Part shown: positions 43,016 to 52,061 of the stretch, in pieces | How positions within the stretch are numbered: position 1 is the stretch's first letter | Layout: every line of letters starts with the position of its first letter | Source of the DNA: Verrucomicrobiia bacterium | GTDB lineage: Bacteria > Verrucomicrobiota > Verrucomicrobiia > Limisphaerales > UBA11358 | Assembly: GCA_041482195.1 (NCBI GenBank) | Contig: JBGPDH010000001.1 | Coordinates: 1-61,321, forward strand | Length of the DNA stretch: 61,321 nucleotides | Reading direction: 5' to 3' | Position numbers and translations under genes: made by a program | Notes under the pieces: model-generated | Seen by the model: the letters and a program-made list of their open reading frames with translations, nothing else | The model's database searches: none | What the model was told of the DNA's origin: nothing

Positions 43016-45313
43016 TTAAGGAGTGGTGCCCGTGGTGGTCGCAGCCTGCCCTTGCTGGAAGCTGAAGCCCGTGATTACCGTTATGACCAGCGTGGCCCGC
43101 ATTTCGGTTTGCCGACCGCTGGTGGTGGTCACCTCCGGTTCCGCGAGTTCTTCAAAGCCGCTGCGCTGCTCCAGGGCGTGAAGCACGACGCGGAAATTGG
43201 GATTGGTTAAAATGCCGGTGATGGTGGCCAGGGTGGGAAGAGTCGCGTTCGCCGGCGCATTGGGGGTCGTCCCATTAGGCCCAAATATCTGCTGGTCCGA
43301 CGCTGAAGAGGGAATCTGATTGGCACCCGTCGGCCCGGGGAACGGGACCGTCGAGCCTCCGGGGCCGGGAACATTAAGTGACGGCGCACTGCCGCCCTGG
43401 GCGGCAACCGAATGCCCGATATTGAACTGTCCCAGATACCAATCGAACCCCAAACCCGCATTGTCATCCTGTTCAACCTGAATGAACCGGGACTTGATAT
43501 GAACCTGCGGGGCCACCTGGTTTAATGCCTGAATCGCACTTTCAATGGTGTCCAAATCCTGCATGGTCGCTCGAACAAACAACAACCCCAACCGATCATT
43601 GAAGAAAATATTTTTGGGCGGGAACAAATTTACACCCAACGTTGAGAAAAAGTCCCGGGCGGCTATGCTGACATCCACCATACTGTTGGTAAGAGTCACA
43701 TAATTCAATCCGCCGTTGCCGTTTTGACCACCCCCGCCACCCCCACCCCCGCCACCTCCGCCACCCCCGCCGCTGGAGCGATTGCCTGAACCTGGCGCCG
43801 CGTTGACAACTGCCAACAGGCCCACCGACGTGCTATTATTGCCACCACTGCTACCGCCGCCGCCACCTCCACCGCCGCCACCTCCACCGCCGCCACTACT
43901 GCCACTTCCACCGCTGCCGCTACTGTTAACAAATTGGAGTGACCCGACACTTGCCAGGCCCTGCACGAATGTATTGGCATCTATTTTGAAAGTCCGCGCG
44001 AAAAGCTGGGGAGAACGGGGTCCTTTGGCCGAGAAAACAACGGCATATTCATTAATGGAATATTCAATGGGATGATCCGCAACCTCTACAATCGCATCCA
44101 GCGCATCCGCCATCCGCACATCGTTAAGCGCCGGGTTGATCCGGACAATGACCGAATTGATATCCACGGACTCGGATCCGGTTGACGATGCCGAGGCGAT
44201 CGGCAGGCCGGTCGCCGGGTCAATTGCGCCGCCGCCGCCGCCGGCTCCGGCAGGGGCCCCTCCGGGGCCGCCAAATGGGGAACCCGCCCCGCCGGTGGGT
44301 GTGGTCGTGGTTACGGATGCGGAATTGTCCGTGTTGGGATTAATCAGAAAGTTGATGCCGATCTTGTCAGGGTCGCGCAGTTTGGCCTGTTCGCTCAAGT
44401 TGCGAACGACTTCGCTCAACGGAAGGCCGTCGTAAATCACCGTGTCGAGCCGTATGCGGTTCAGTTTGCTCATGATCACTTCCCGACCTGGCCCCGTATG
44501 GATGAGGTTGGTGGTGGCATACGAATTGGGCGTGGGCAAAGCTCCACTTTTTCTCAAACCGGAATCCGCCCATGCCTTGGTCACCTCTGTAATGCGACCC
44601 TGGTTGTCGTAGTCCTTGATGCGCTCCTGCCTCGCGTAAATGCCTTGTTTGCACAGGCTCAGATAATAAAAAGCGCCTTGATTGACCGGGTCCAGCTTCA
44701 CCGCCTGTTGCAATTTGGCTTCGGCTTCTTCAAATTTGCCCATCTCGTAAAGCAGTTTGCCATCCCGAACCAGTGTGTCTGCGTCGGTCTTCTGATTGGC
44801 AATGGCCTGCGCCTGTTGAACCGTCGCGTCGTCCGGCACTTTCCCGCGCATCGCGGCAATCTTCTCGTCATTCTCCTTCTTGAAAGCGATGGCCGCGGGA
44901 TTCTGTGGGTCTACCTTCAAAACGCGATTGACCTGCGTGTCGGCCTCCCGCAAATCGTCGCGCTGCTGCGCTTCCCGGGCCAGTTCCATTCTCACCGCTA
45001 CCAGCCCGGAAATGGTTTCCGCGGATTCGTCCGAAATTCCGGAACCAATCGATTGCACCAGACTGTAGGCATCCTCGTAAAGCCGGGCGGCGACCGCCAG
45101 GTCACCACGGGCGGCAGCGTCCTTGGCTTGCACCAGCTTCTGACGCAGGACCACGGTGTTGGCCTGTCGTAACACCGCCTCGCTGACGGCCGTGTCAGCG
45201 ACACTGTTTGTCTGGGCGGGCGACAAGAGGGTGCCGGCCGCTATGAAGAGGATCCCGAGTGAAACAGAAACTACTTTTGTCATGGATGAATTCGGGTTAG
45301 TCGGTGTCAGCAT
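43016..45313 (-). CDS. Secretin N-terminal part: signal peptide, TPR-like region, N-domains, poly-Gly tracts, first half of the secretin domain
   Basis: N0/N1-like RIRLDTVIYDGLPLSEVVRNL and LLFVRATMQDLDTIESAIQALN. Secretin-domain onset QVHIKSRFIQVEQDDNAGLGFDW. It ends after LAEPEVTTTSGRQTEMRATLV with TAA at 43016. Confidence 0.8.
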   Translation of the reverse strand: MLTPTNPNSSMTKVVSVSLGILFIAAGTLLSPAQTNSVADTAVSEAVLRQANTVVLRQKLVQAKDAAARGDLAVAARLYEDAYSLVQSIGSGISDESAETISGLVAVRMELAREAQQRDDLREADTQVNRVLKVDPQNPAAIAFKKENDEKIAAMRGKVPDDATVQQAQAIANQKTDADTLVRDGKLLYEMGKFEEAEAKLQQAVKLDPVNQGAFYYLSLCKQGIYARQERIKDYDNQGRITEVTKAWADSGLRKSGALPTPNSYATTNLIHTGPGREVIMSKLNRIRLDTVIYDGLPLSEVVRNLSEQAKLRDPDKIGINFLINPNTDNSASVTTTTPTGGAGSPFGGPGGAPAGAGGGGGAIDPATGLPIASASSTGSESVDINSVIVRINPALNDVRMADALDAIVEVADHPIEYSINEYAVVFSAKGPRSPQLFARTFKIDANTFVQGLASVGSLQFVNSSGSGGSGSSGGGGGGGGGGGGGGSSGGNNSTSVGLLAVVNAAPGSGNRSSGGGGGGGGGGGGGGGQNGNGGLNYVTLTNSMVDVSIAARDFFSTLGVNLFPPKNIFFNDRLGLLFVRATMQDLDTIESAIQALNQVAPQVHIKSRFIQVEQDDNAGLGFDWYLGQFNIGHSVAAQGGSAPSLNVPGPGGSTVPFPGPTGANQIPSSASDQQIFGPNGTTPNAPANATLPTLATITGILTNPNFRVVLHALEQRSGFEELAEPEVTTTSGRQTEMRATLVITVITGFSFQQGQAATTTGTTP

Positions 45314-45344
45314 CTCTCGACGCTGGGATGGGTACTGGCCGCTT

Positions 45345-46139
45345 TCATTTGGAATTGTACGGTCGCGTTATCTTTTTCTGGTTCGATTTGGCGGATAGTA
45401 CCACCTCGTTCTGGTTTATGGCAACGATAATGTAATCATCGCCCGCAAATTTTAGATCATCCCCCACACGCTGTCCTTCCCAGTTCCTTCCCTCGGGACT
45501 GTATTTCAAATCCGCCAGGTAGGCGTCCGCACGCCGGAAGGGTTTGTTCCTGGATAAGCTCACCGTCTCACCGGAATCCGTCAGCTGCAAAACCAATTGG
45601 GTCGGGTCCGCGGGCGGCCCCTGCACCGCGGTGATGGTGAAGGCGTCATTTTTTTCGCCGATGGAGGCGTAATGTTGCCGTTTCGCCCGCCGCCACGCCA
45701 CCGGCTCGGCCTGGCGCTCCACGCCCACAATGTAGCGCGCGCCGAATTGATTGGTCTGCACCGAATCCAGTGTCAGGATGAAGTACAAGGGCGCAACCCG
45801 GGTCACGGCCACGGCATCGGGGCCGATCTCGTTGCCACTCTCAATCTTGATCAGGCTTCCGTCCACTGCTTTTTGCCACTCGACCGGATTGAAGAGCCGG
45901 TTGGTCGTCTCCAAATCGAGCCGGTAAGACAGTTGCAACCGCTGCATGGTGTTGCTCTCCGTCGTCAAATCCAACACCGGAAGCGGTTTGACCGGATGCC
46001 TGATGATGCCAGTGCGGGTTTCTTCCAGTTGGTTGCGGTCATGCAAAATCATGAACGGCAAAAACACCATGGCCCCCACCAAACCGAACAACACTACGCC
46101 CAGGAGAATTTTTTCGTAATGTTTTTTAAGGAAATCCAT
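45345..46139 (-). CDS. TM-anchored beta-rich protein in the PilP position (Amuc_1099-like by position)
   Basis: One N-terminal TM segment (ILLGVVLFGLVGAMVFLPFMIL). It sits between the Amuc_1100-like gene and the secretin. The assignment is positional only. Confidence 0.45.
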   Translation of the reverse strand: MDFLKKHYEKILLGVVLFGLVGAMVFLPFMILHDRNQLEETRTGIIRHPVKPLPVLDLTTESNTMQRLQLSYRLDLETTNRLFNPVEWQKAVDGSLIKIESGNEIGPDAVAVTRVAPLYFILTLDSVQTNQFGARYIVGVERQAEPVAWRRAKRQHYASIGEKNDAFTITAVQGPPADPTQLVLQLTDSGETVSLSRNKPFRRADAYLADLKYSPEGRNWEGQRVGDDLKFAGDDYIIVAINQNEVVLSAKSNQKKITRPYNSK

Positions 46140-46143
46140 GCGC

Positions 46144-47085
46144 TTAGTTTCCCGACGTCAATTTCACTATTTCAACCTGCAAGGTGACGCTCAAAAGCTG
46201 CTCGTCGAGCACCGTCTGCAGGCCGCCCCTGCCCGGAGGTGCCGCAGGCCGACTGGCAGGCGCTGCCGGCCGTGCATAAGCAGGCACCTCAGGCTCGCCG
46301 AATGTAGGTGAGCCGGGAGACGGCGAAGTGGTGGTGGCGCCGGCCGCCGGTTGCACATTTATGGCTTTGACGATGAACCCATGCGGCGAGATCGCAAAGC
46401 TCGACAACACCTTCGCCAGGTCCTGACTGAAACAACGAAAGGTAACTTCATAAGGGGTAATAACGGCAAGCTCATTGGTTATTGTCGGGTGATCAGTATA
46501 ATCGGCTTGCGGTCCGACCGCGTCATCATCCGAAGCCCGTACACGTCGAATCCCATCCAGCGCATTAATCCTCGCCGCATAAAGAAGTTCACAAATCATT
46601 TTTACCTCGCCCAGCTGTTGCGACAACGCGGTCAGGGTGCCAGGGGCGAATTTTACCGAGGTTCGTTCCGCTTCAAATGAGAAGCCATACTGGGGCGGCA
46701 AAGTGACACTGGCATTGTTCGCTTCCGCCTGCAACTGGCTGAGGATGTGATCGCGCGCGGCGGCAAATCTGGCATCGGTGATCGCGCCTTTCGCGGGATC
46801 CGGTATGGGTGGAATGGGCTGAAAATATTGCCCGGCTTGCTGGATCCATTGCTGCAACTGTTGTTGCTGCACTCGGGCGGCCTGGATGTTGTCAATCGTG
46901 TCATTGCCCGGCGATGGATTTTGGGCGCTCAACCTTTTCAACGTCTCATACGTTTGATTCAGCGCATCCAGTGCCGTGTTATTGCGTTGCCAGTTCTGGT
47001 AATCATAAACCCCCGCCGCCGCCAGCAAGCCCGCGGCAATGACAGCACCGACGACAAAAAACAAATTTCGTTTAATCCAGGCCAT
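46144..47085 (-). CDS. Amuc_1100-family pilus-like protein (PilO position)
   Basis: N-terminal TM segment, helical region, mixed alpha/beta core (GEVKMICELLYAARINALDGIRRV ... YEVTFRCFSQDLAKVLSSF), Pro/Ala-rich linker, and terminal strand LSVTLQVEIVKLT. This matches the architecture I recall for Akkermansia Amuc_1100. Confidence 0.6.
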   Translation of the reverse strand: MAWIKRNLFFVVGAVIAAGLLAAAGVYDYQNWQRNNTALDALNQTYETLKRLSAQNPSPGNDTIDNIQAARVQQQQLQQWIQQAGQYFQPIPPIPDPAKGAITDARFAAARDHILSQLQAEANNASVTLPPQYGFSFEAERTSVKFAPGTLTALSQQLGEVKMICELLYAARINALDGIRRVRASDDDAVGPQADYTDHPTITNELAVITPYEVTFRCFSQDLAKVLSSFAISPHGFIVKAINVQPAAGATTTSPSPGSPTFGEPEVPAYARPAAPASRPAAPPGRGGLQTVLDEQLLSVTLQVEIVKLTSGN

Positions 47086-47086
47086 G

Positions 47087-48904
47087 CTACAAATTCAAAG
47101 GGTTGCGCAGCACCGCTGAAACTCCAAAGGTGAACGTGCCGGAGGCATCTTCCGGATTGATCTGACCGGTCAGTTGTGTCGTTTTGGGATCAAAAAGGGA
47201 ACTCGTCTGCAATTCGTTCTCCAGCGTGTACGCGATGTCACTGTTCGCCGCCGGATCGACCTTGGACAAACTCACCGCCCGGCAAACCACGGAGATGGCG
47301 CCCGGCCTGGTGGATGAAGATTGGTTTTGCGCCGGGTTCATCGCTCCGCCGGCCAACTCGTTGTCCGACGGCACTCCGACCGGCATCCCCGGCCTGCCCG
47401 GGACGTTGGGCGCGGAGAGGGTTGTCCGCATGGTAATGAATTGTTCGATCCAAATTCCCGCCTGCACCCCCCCCCGCTGCGCAGACATTTTCTTTTGAAC
47501 ATCATTCTCAGCACGGATGAGCACCCGTCGCAAGTCCGCCAGGATATCACTCCAGTAATACCGATCGTTCATCCAGGCACTGATTTGTTCGGCTTGCTGC
47601 CGGGTGGCACCGACTTGCCCGTAAACCTTGTTGAACTGGTCGGCCTTGGTTTGCAGTTTTTGAACCTCCGGCTTGAGGCGTTCCAGCTCGTCCTCTTTCG
47701 ATATGGCCAGTTTTTCGAAGAGGAACCCGACCGCAAACGCCACCGCCACCAGACTGAACACCGTTGCCGTGAAATACGGTTTCTTTTCGTTGAAAGTGCG
47801 CCAGCGCAGCGTGCTCTCCGGCATCAGGTTCATTTCCACCGGACAGTTCGCCAGATTGCGCAGGCCCAGGCCGACAACTTCCCCCAGAGAATGGGCGACG
47901 CGCGCCAGTTCCTCCAGGTTCACCGCCGGATCGATCTGCACATTACGGAAGGGATTGAAGTATTCGACCGGCGCGTTCAGTTTCTCAGCAAAAAATTGCG
48001 CCGTATACGGCATGATGGAAGCCCCGCCGGCCAGGAAGAGCCGTTGCGGTGCCGCTCCGCCCATCTGGCCGCGATAAAACTGAATCGTCTGGTTGACCTG
48101 AATGTGCAGCTTGGTCATGAACTGCCGGGCAATCTTGGAAATCGCCGCCTGATTGGGATTCTCCGGTTCTTCGTAGGCACCGCCCAGACTGACGAAACCT
48201 TCAGCCACTTTGATTTGCTCGGCGACTTCAAATCTCAGCTTCGCCTCGTTCGCAAAATCCTGGGTGATGGAATTGGCACCCAGGTTGATGCTGCGGGCAA
48301 ACACTTTGCCTTTTTCGAAGAAGAGCAGGTTGCTGGTCTTGGCGCCGATGTCCAGCAACAGCGTGCAATCCTCCAGGTCCCCATAGTTGTAGCGAAATGC
48401 GTTGCAGAGCGCCGCCGGTGACACGTCGCACAATTGCAACCGCAACTTCGCCTCCTCGGCAATCCGGAACAATCCCTCCACAATCTCCGACTTGATGGCC
48501 ACCAACAACACTTCCAGTTCCCCCGTCGGACTCGAACCCAGAATTTGGTAGTCCCACACCACTTCCGCCAGCGGGAACGGCACATTCTGTTGCGCCTCGT
48601 ACTGGATGATTTGCGTCACCTTGCCCGCGTCCACCGGCGGGAGTTTGACGAATTTGGAAAACACCTGAAAACCGGGTGCGCAGACATTGATGTTCCGTGC
48701 TGCGCCGCCGGTTTCCGCCAGCGTTTCCCGCAGCACCTTGAGCAAGGCCGTTTCGCGCGAGGCGTCCGACGCCCCCTCCGGTCCCAATGACTTCAACTTG
48801 AAATTCTTCAGGCAGAGGATGCCGGCTTCGTTGATTTCAAAGATTGCCAGTTTGAGACTGCCGGCCCCGAAATCCACTGCCAAAAATGACTTTAAGTTAA
48901 GCAT
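47087..48904 (-). CDS. pilM: PilM-like actin-fold ATPase fused to a PilN-like TM/coiled-coil region (Amuc_1101-like)
   Basis: LAVDFGAGSLKLAIFE, LLLDIGAKTSNLLFF, LFLAGGASIMP, then a TM segment (YFTATVFSLVAVAFAVGFLF) and a coiled coil. An ATG start is chosen; a TTG at 48934 is also possible. Confidence 0.8.
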   Translation of the reverse strand: MLNLKSFLAVDFGAGSLKLAIFEINEAGILCLKNFKLKSLGPEGASDASRETALLKVLRETLAETGGAARNINVCAPGFQVFSKFVKLPPVDAGKVTQIIQYEAQQNVPFPLAEVVWDYQILGSSPTGELEVLLVAIKSEIVEGLFRIAEEAKLRLQLCDVSPAALCNAFRYNYGDLEDCTLLLDIGAKTSNLLFFEKGKVFARSINLGANSITQDFANEAKLRFEVAEQIKVAEGFVSLGGAYEEPENPNQAAISKIARQFMTKLHIQVNQTIQFYRGQMGGAAPQRLFLAGGASIMPYTAQFFAEKLNAPVEYFNPFRNVQIDPAVNLEELARVAHSLGEVVGLGLRNLANCPVEMNLMPESTLRWRTFNEKKPYFTATVFSLVAVAFAVGFLFEKLAISKEDELERLKPEVQKLQTKADQFNKVYGQVGATRQQAEQISAWMNDRYYWSDILADLRRVLIRAENDVQKKMSAQRGGVQAGIWIEQFITMRTTLSAPNVPGRPGMPVGVPSDNELAGGAMNPAQNQSSSTRPGAISVVCRAVSLSKVDPAANSDIAYTLENELQTSSLFDPKTTQLTGQINPEDASGTFTFGVSAVLRNPLNL

Positions 48905-49022
48905 TGCTGTGTTTGCGCCGTGCACTGCCGACAAAAGGGCGCTTGAACTTTTACCGTCTATAAGTACAGCCCGTGTTCAGTACTGTAAATTTTCTGGACG
49001 GTCAAACACAAAACTTGGAAAA

Positions 49023-49050
49023 TTGACTGTAGTAATTCTTGCAATAAAAT
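49023..49050 (+). promoter_or_regulatory. Sigma-70-like promoter candidate for the acylphosphatase/phosphoesterase genes
   Basis: TTGACT - 16 nt - TAAAAT, about 70 nt upstream of the ATG at 49119. Confidence 0.35.
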
Positions 49051-49118
49051 ATTGCGCCCCGGCGCAAGCTTTGGCTTTATCCCATCGTGTCGGGACAATC
49101 GCCGGTCGGCTGCCAAGC

Positions 49119-49397
49119 ATGAAGCGATGCCGCATGTGTATTTTTTACTCAGGCCACGTGCAGGGTGTCGGTTTTCGTTATACGGCGAAAACGGTGGCTG
49201 CCGGATTTGAAGTGACCGGCACGGTGCGCAATCTGCCGGATGGCCTGGTGGAGTTGACCGCCGAAGGTGCACGCGCTGAGCTCGAAGCCTTCCGTACGGC
49301 CATTCGGGATGCGGGGCTGGCCGGGTTGATCCGGGACGAGGCCATCACCTGGAGTGACGCGCAAAATGTAATGCATGGATTTGAGATCGTTCGATAG
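49119..49397 (+). CDS. acyP: Acylphosphatase
   Basis: GHVQGVGFRYTA ... GTVRNLPDGLVEL ... 92 aa. Confidence 0.9.
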   Translation: MKRCRMCIFYSGHVQGVGFRYTAKTVAAGFEVTGTVRNLPDGLVELTAEGARAELEAFRTAIRDAGLAGLIRDEAITWSDAQNVMHGFEIVR

Positions 49398-49403
49398 ACG
49401 CAA

Positions 49404-50126
49404 ATGAAATTCGCCATTATCGCCGACATTCACGGCAATCTGGAAGCGTTCCGGACCGTCCTGGCGGACGCCGAGCAACAGAAGCCCACCCATTACGTCT
49501 GCCTGGGGGACGTCGTGGGTTACAACGCCAACCCCAAGGAGTGCCTCGAAATCGTCCGCAGCATGGATATCCCCTGCGTGAAGGGAAACCATGACGAATA
49601 CTGCTCCACGGACGACCACCTGGAGGGATTCAATCCCAACGCCGCCGAAGCCGTGCGCTGGACGCGGGCGCAACTGTCCGACGAGGAACGCCAGTGGCTG
49701 CGCGACTTGAAATACACCAAACTGGTCAACAACTTTACCATCGTCCACGCCACGCTCGATGCGCCTCAGCGCTGGGGTTACGTCTTTGACAAACTGGCGG
49801 CCGCGGCCAGTTTTCCCTATCAAAACACCCAGCTCTGCTTCTTCGGCCACACGCATGTGCCGGTCGCCTTCATGCGCGACACCGTGGTGCGCGGCGGCAC
49901 CTATTCCAAATTCAAAATTGACCCGGCCAAAAAATATTTCATCAACGTCGGCGCCGTCGGCCAGCCGCGCGACAACAATCCCAAGGCCGCCTATGTCATT
50001 TACGACGCGGACGCCGGCACCATCGAACTGCGCCGCCTGGAATACGATATCGCCACCGCGCAGAAAAAAATCCGGGCCGCCGGTTTACCCGAACGCCTCG
50101 CCGAAAGGCTCGAAGTGGGAAGGTGA
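49404..50126 (+). CDS. Metallophosphoesterase (calcineurin-like, YfcE/MJ0936-type)
   Basis: IADIHGN, LGDVVGYN, GNHD, GHTH motifs. Confidence 0.88.
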   Translation: MKFAIIADIHGNLEAFRTVLADAEQQKPTHYVCLGDVVGYNANPKECLEIVRSMDIPCVKGNHDEYCSTDDHLEGFNPNAAEAVRWTRAQLSDEERQWLRDLKYTKLVNNFTIVHATLDAPQRWGYVFDKLAAAASFPYQNTQLCFFGHTHVPVAFMRDTVVRGGTYSKFKIDPAKKYFINVGAVGQPRDNNPKAAYVIYDADAGTIELRRLEYDIATAQKKIRAAGLPERLAERLEVGR

Positions 50127-50138
50127 TTTTTCAATCAG

Positions 50139-50216
50139 GGCCACAGATAAACACAGATTCGCACAGATGATTTCGTTTTAGTTTTTATCTGTTTTGATCG
50201 GTGTCAATCTGTGGCT
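50139..50216. repeat. Phased 10-nt CACAGAT repeat hairpin
   Basis: CACAGATAAA CACAGATTCG CACAGATGAT (50142-50171), then inverted ATCTGT (50187-50192) and ATCTGTGG (50207-50214). The outer stem is GCCACAGAT/ATCTGTGGC. Confidence 0.8.
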
Positions 50217-50224
50217 GCTAAAAA

Positions 50225-51241
50225 TTGAAAATTCTCATCCTCAAACCCAGTTCGCTGGGCGATGTCGTCCAGGCACTGCCGGTTCTGCGGCTCCTCAAAC
50301 ACCATTTGCCCGCCAGTGAAATTTTTTGGTGGATTGATTCCAGTCTTGCTCCCCTGCTCGAGGAGGATTCCGACCTGACCGGGATCGTCCGCTTTGAACG
50401 CCAACGCTGGGCTGCGCCCCGGCATTGGCCGGAGATGCTTTACAGTGTCCACTGGATGCGGGAACAGCATTTCGACTGGGTGATTGACCTCCAATGTCTG
50501 GCGCGCAGCGGGGCGTTCGCCTGGCTGGCCAACGGGAAATTCCTCATCGGCCTCGACGAAGTGCGCGAAGGGGCGCGCGGTTTTTACGACGTGGCCGTTC
50601 GCCGCGCCTCGTTCCACACGCACGCCGTGGACTGGTATCTGGCGGTGCTGCCCCGACTCGGGGTGCCCGTTCACAACCATTTTACCTGGTTGCCGGAAAG
50701 CCCTGCCGTAGCTGAGGCCGTCAAATCCAGGTGGCGAACAGATGGCGGCCGTTGGATCGCGATTCAACCCGGGGCTCGGTGGCCCAACAAACGTTGGCCG
50801 GCGGAATATTTTTCCGGGCTCGTCCGGCAATTGGCCCTCAAATTTCCCGATGCCCGTTTTGCCATACTGGGCGACCGGAACGACAAACCATCGGGTGGCG
50901 TCATTGCTCAGGCTGAACCGGAACGTTGTATCAATTTGTGCGGCCAGACCTCGCTTCGGGAAATGGTCGAATGGATCCGGTTATGCACTCTGGTGATCAC
51001 CAATGACACGGGTCCGATGCACGTCGCAGCGGCGTTGAGCAAACCATTGGTCGCCCTCTTTGGCCCGACCGAACCGCGCCGCACCGGTCCCTATGGACAA
51101 CTTCACAATGTGCTGCGAATTGATTTGCCCTGCTCGCCTTGTCTCAAATCCTATTGCACCTACGCGAAGCCGAACGAGTGCCTGAAAGCCCTGGCGCCGG
51201 CGGAGGTTTTTAAGTTCGCGTCCAGAAAACTTGCGGGCTGA
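50225..51241 (+). CDS. Glycosyltransferase family 9 (LPS heptosyltransferase-like)
   Basis: MKILILKPSSLGDVVQALPVL, and C-terminal ITNDTGPMHVAAAL. TTG start. Confidence 0.88.
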   Translation: MKILILKPSSLGDVVQALPVLRLLKHHLPASEIFWWIDSSLAPLLEEDSDLTGIVRFERQRWAAPRHWPEMLYSVHWMREQHFDWVIDLQCLARSGAFAWLANGKFLIGLDEVREGARGFYDVAVRRASFHTHAVDWYLAVLPRLGVPVHNHFTWLPESPAVAEAVKSRWRTDGGRWIAIQPGARWPNKRWPAEYFSGLVRQLALKFPDARFAILGDRNDKPSGGVIAQAEPERCINLCGQTSLREMVEWIRLCTLVITNDTGPMHVAAALSKPLVALFGPTEPRRTGPYGQLHNVLRIDLPCSPCLKSYCTYAKPNECLKALAPAEVFKFASRKLAG

Positions 51242-51247
51242 GCGGAC

Positions 51248-52054
51248 TTGCGCTTTGGCGGGTTCGCATTACGCTCGCCGCCGGTGAGTACTTCCTCCTC
51301 AGCGACACCACCCGGAACCACTTCACCCGGGGACCCGCCTCCCGCACAGTCGGTGTTCGTCACCACCCATTGGTCGGTGGTGTTGACGGCAGCCCGCAGC
51401 GACACCACCCGGGCCCGCGCCGCCCTCGAAAATCTTTGCCAGACTTATTGGCCTCCGCTTTATGCTTACGTGCGCCGACGCGGTTATTCGCCGGAGGACG
51501 CCCAGGACCTCACCCAGGAATTTTTTGCACGATTGCTGGAGCGCAACGCCGTGGCCACGGTCGCGCCGGAAAAAGGGCGGTTCCGTTCCTTCCTGCTCGC
51601 GAGCCTGAATCATTTCCTGGCCGACGAGTGGGACAAGGCGCGTGCGCAAAAACGGGGCGGCGGAAAGGTGATTTCATTGGACCTCCAAAGCGCCGAAACG
51701 CGGCTGGGAGAAGCGCCGGTGGAAAAGTTCACGCCGGAGAAAGCCTTTGAACATCGCTGGGCCATCACCCTGCTCGAACAGGTCTACCGGCGCCTGGGAG
51801 AGGAATATCGACAACAGGACAAAGCGACGTTGTTCGATACGCTGCGAGTCACGCTGGCTGGAAAGAGTGAAGCGGCTCCTTACGCGGAACTGGCACGGCA
51901 ATTGAAAATGAACGAAGGCGCCATAAAGGTGGCCGTGCACCGGCTGCGCCAGCGTTACCGGACCCTGCTGCGCGAGACCATCGCCGATACTGTGTCAGGT
52001 CCGGATGAAGTCGAAGATGAACTGCGTTATCTGTTCCGGACGCTGGCAGGGTAA
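51248..52054 (+). CDS. ECF-type sigma-70 family sigma factor, kinase-associated type, long N-terminal extension
   Basis: FVTTHWSVV, region 2 DAQDLTQEFFARLLE, region 4 YAELARQLKMNEGAIKVAVHRLRQRY. About 70% identical to 60512-61321. TTG start is conserved in both copies. Confidence 0.85.
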   Translation: MRFGGFALRSPPVSTSSSATPPGTTSPGDPPPAQSVFVTTHWSVVLTAARSDTTRARAALENLCQTYWPPLYAYVRRRGYSPEDAQDLTQEFFARLLERNAVATVAPEKGRFRSFLLASLNHFLADEWDKARAQKRGGGKVISLDLQSAETRLGEAPVEKFTPEKAFEHRWAITLLEQVYRRLGEEYRQQDKATLFDTLRVTLAGKSEAAPYAELARQLKMNEGAIKVAVHRLRQRYRTLLRETIADTVSGPDEVEDELRYLFRTLAG

Positions 52055-52061
52055 AAGCGTT

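Noticed and set aside
43782-44075. Plus-strand ORF encoding a poly-proline peptide.
   Set aside because: It is the antisense reading of the poly-glycine GGN runs in the secretin gene, so it is a frame artefact.
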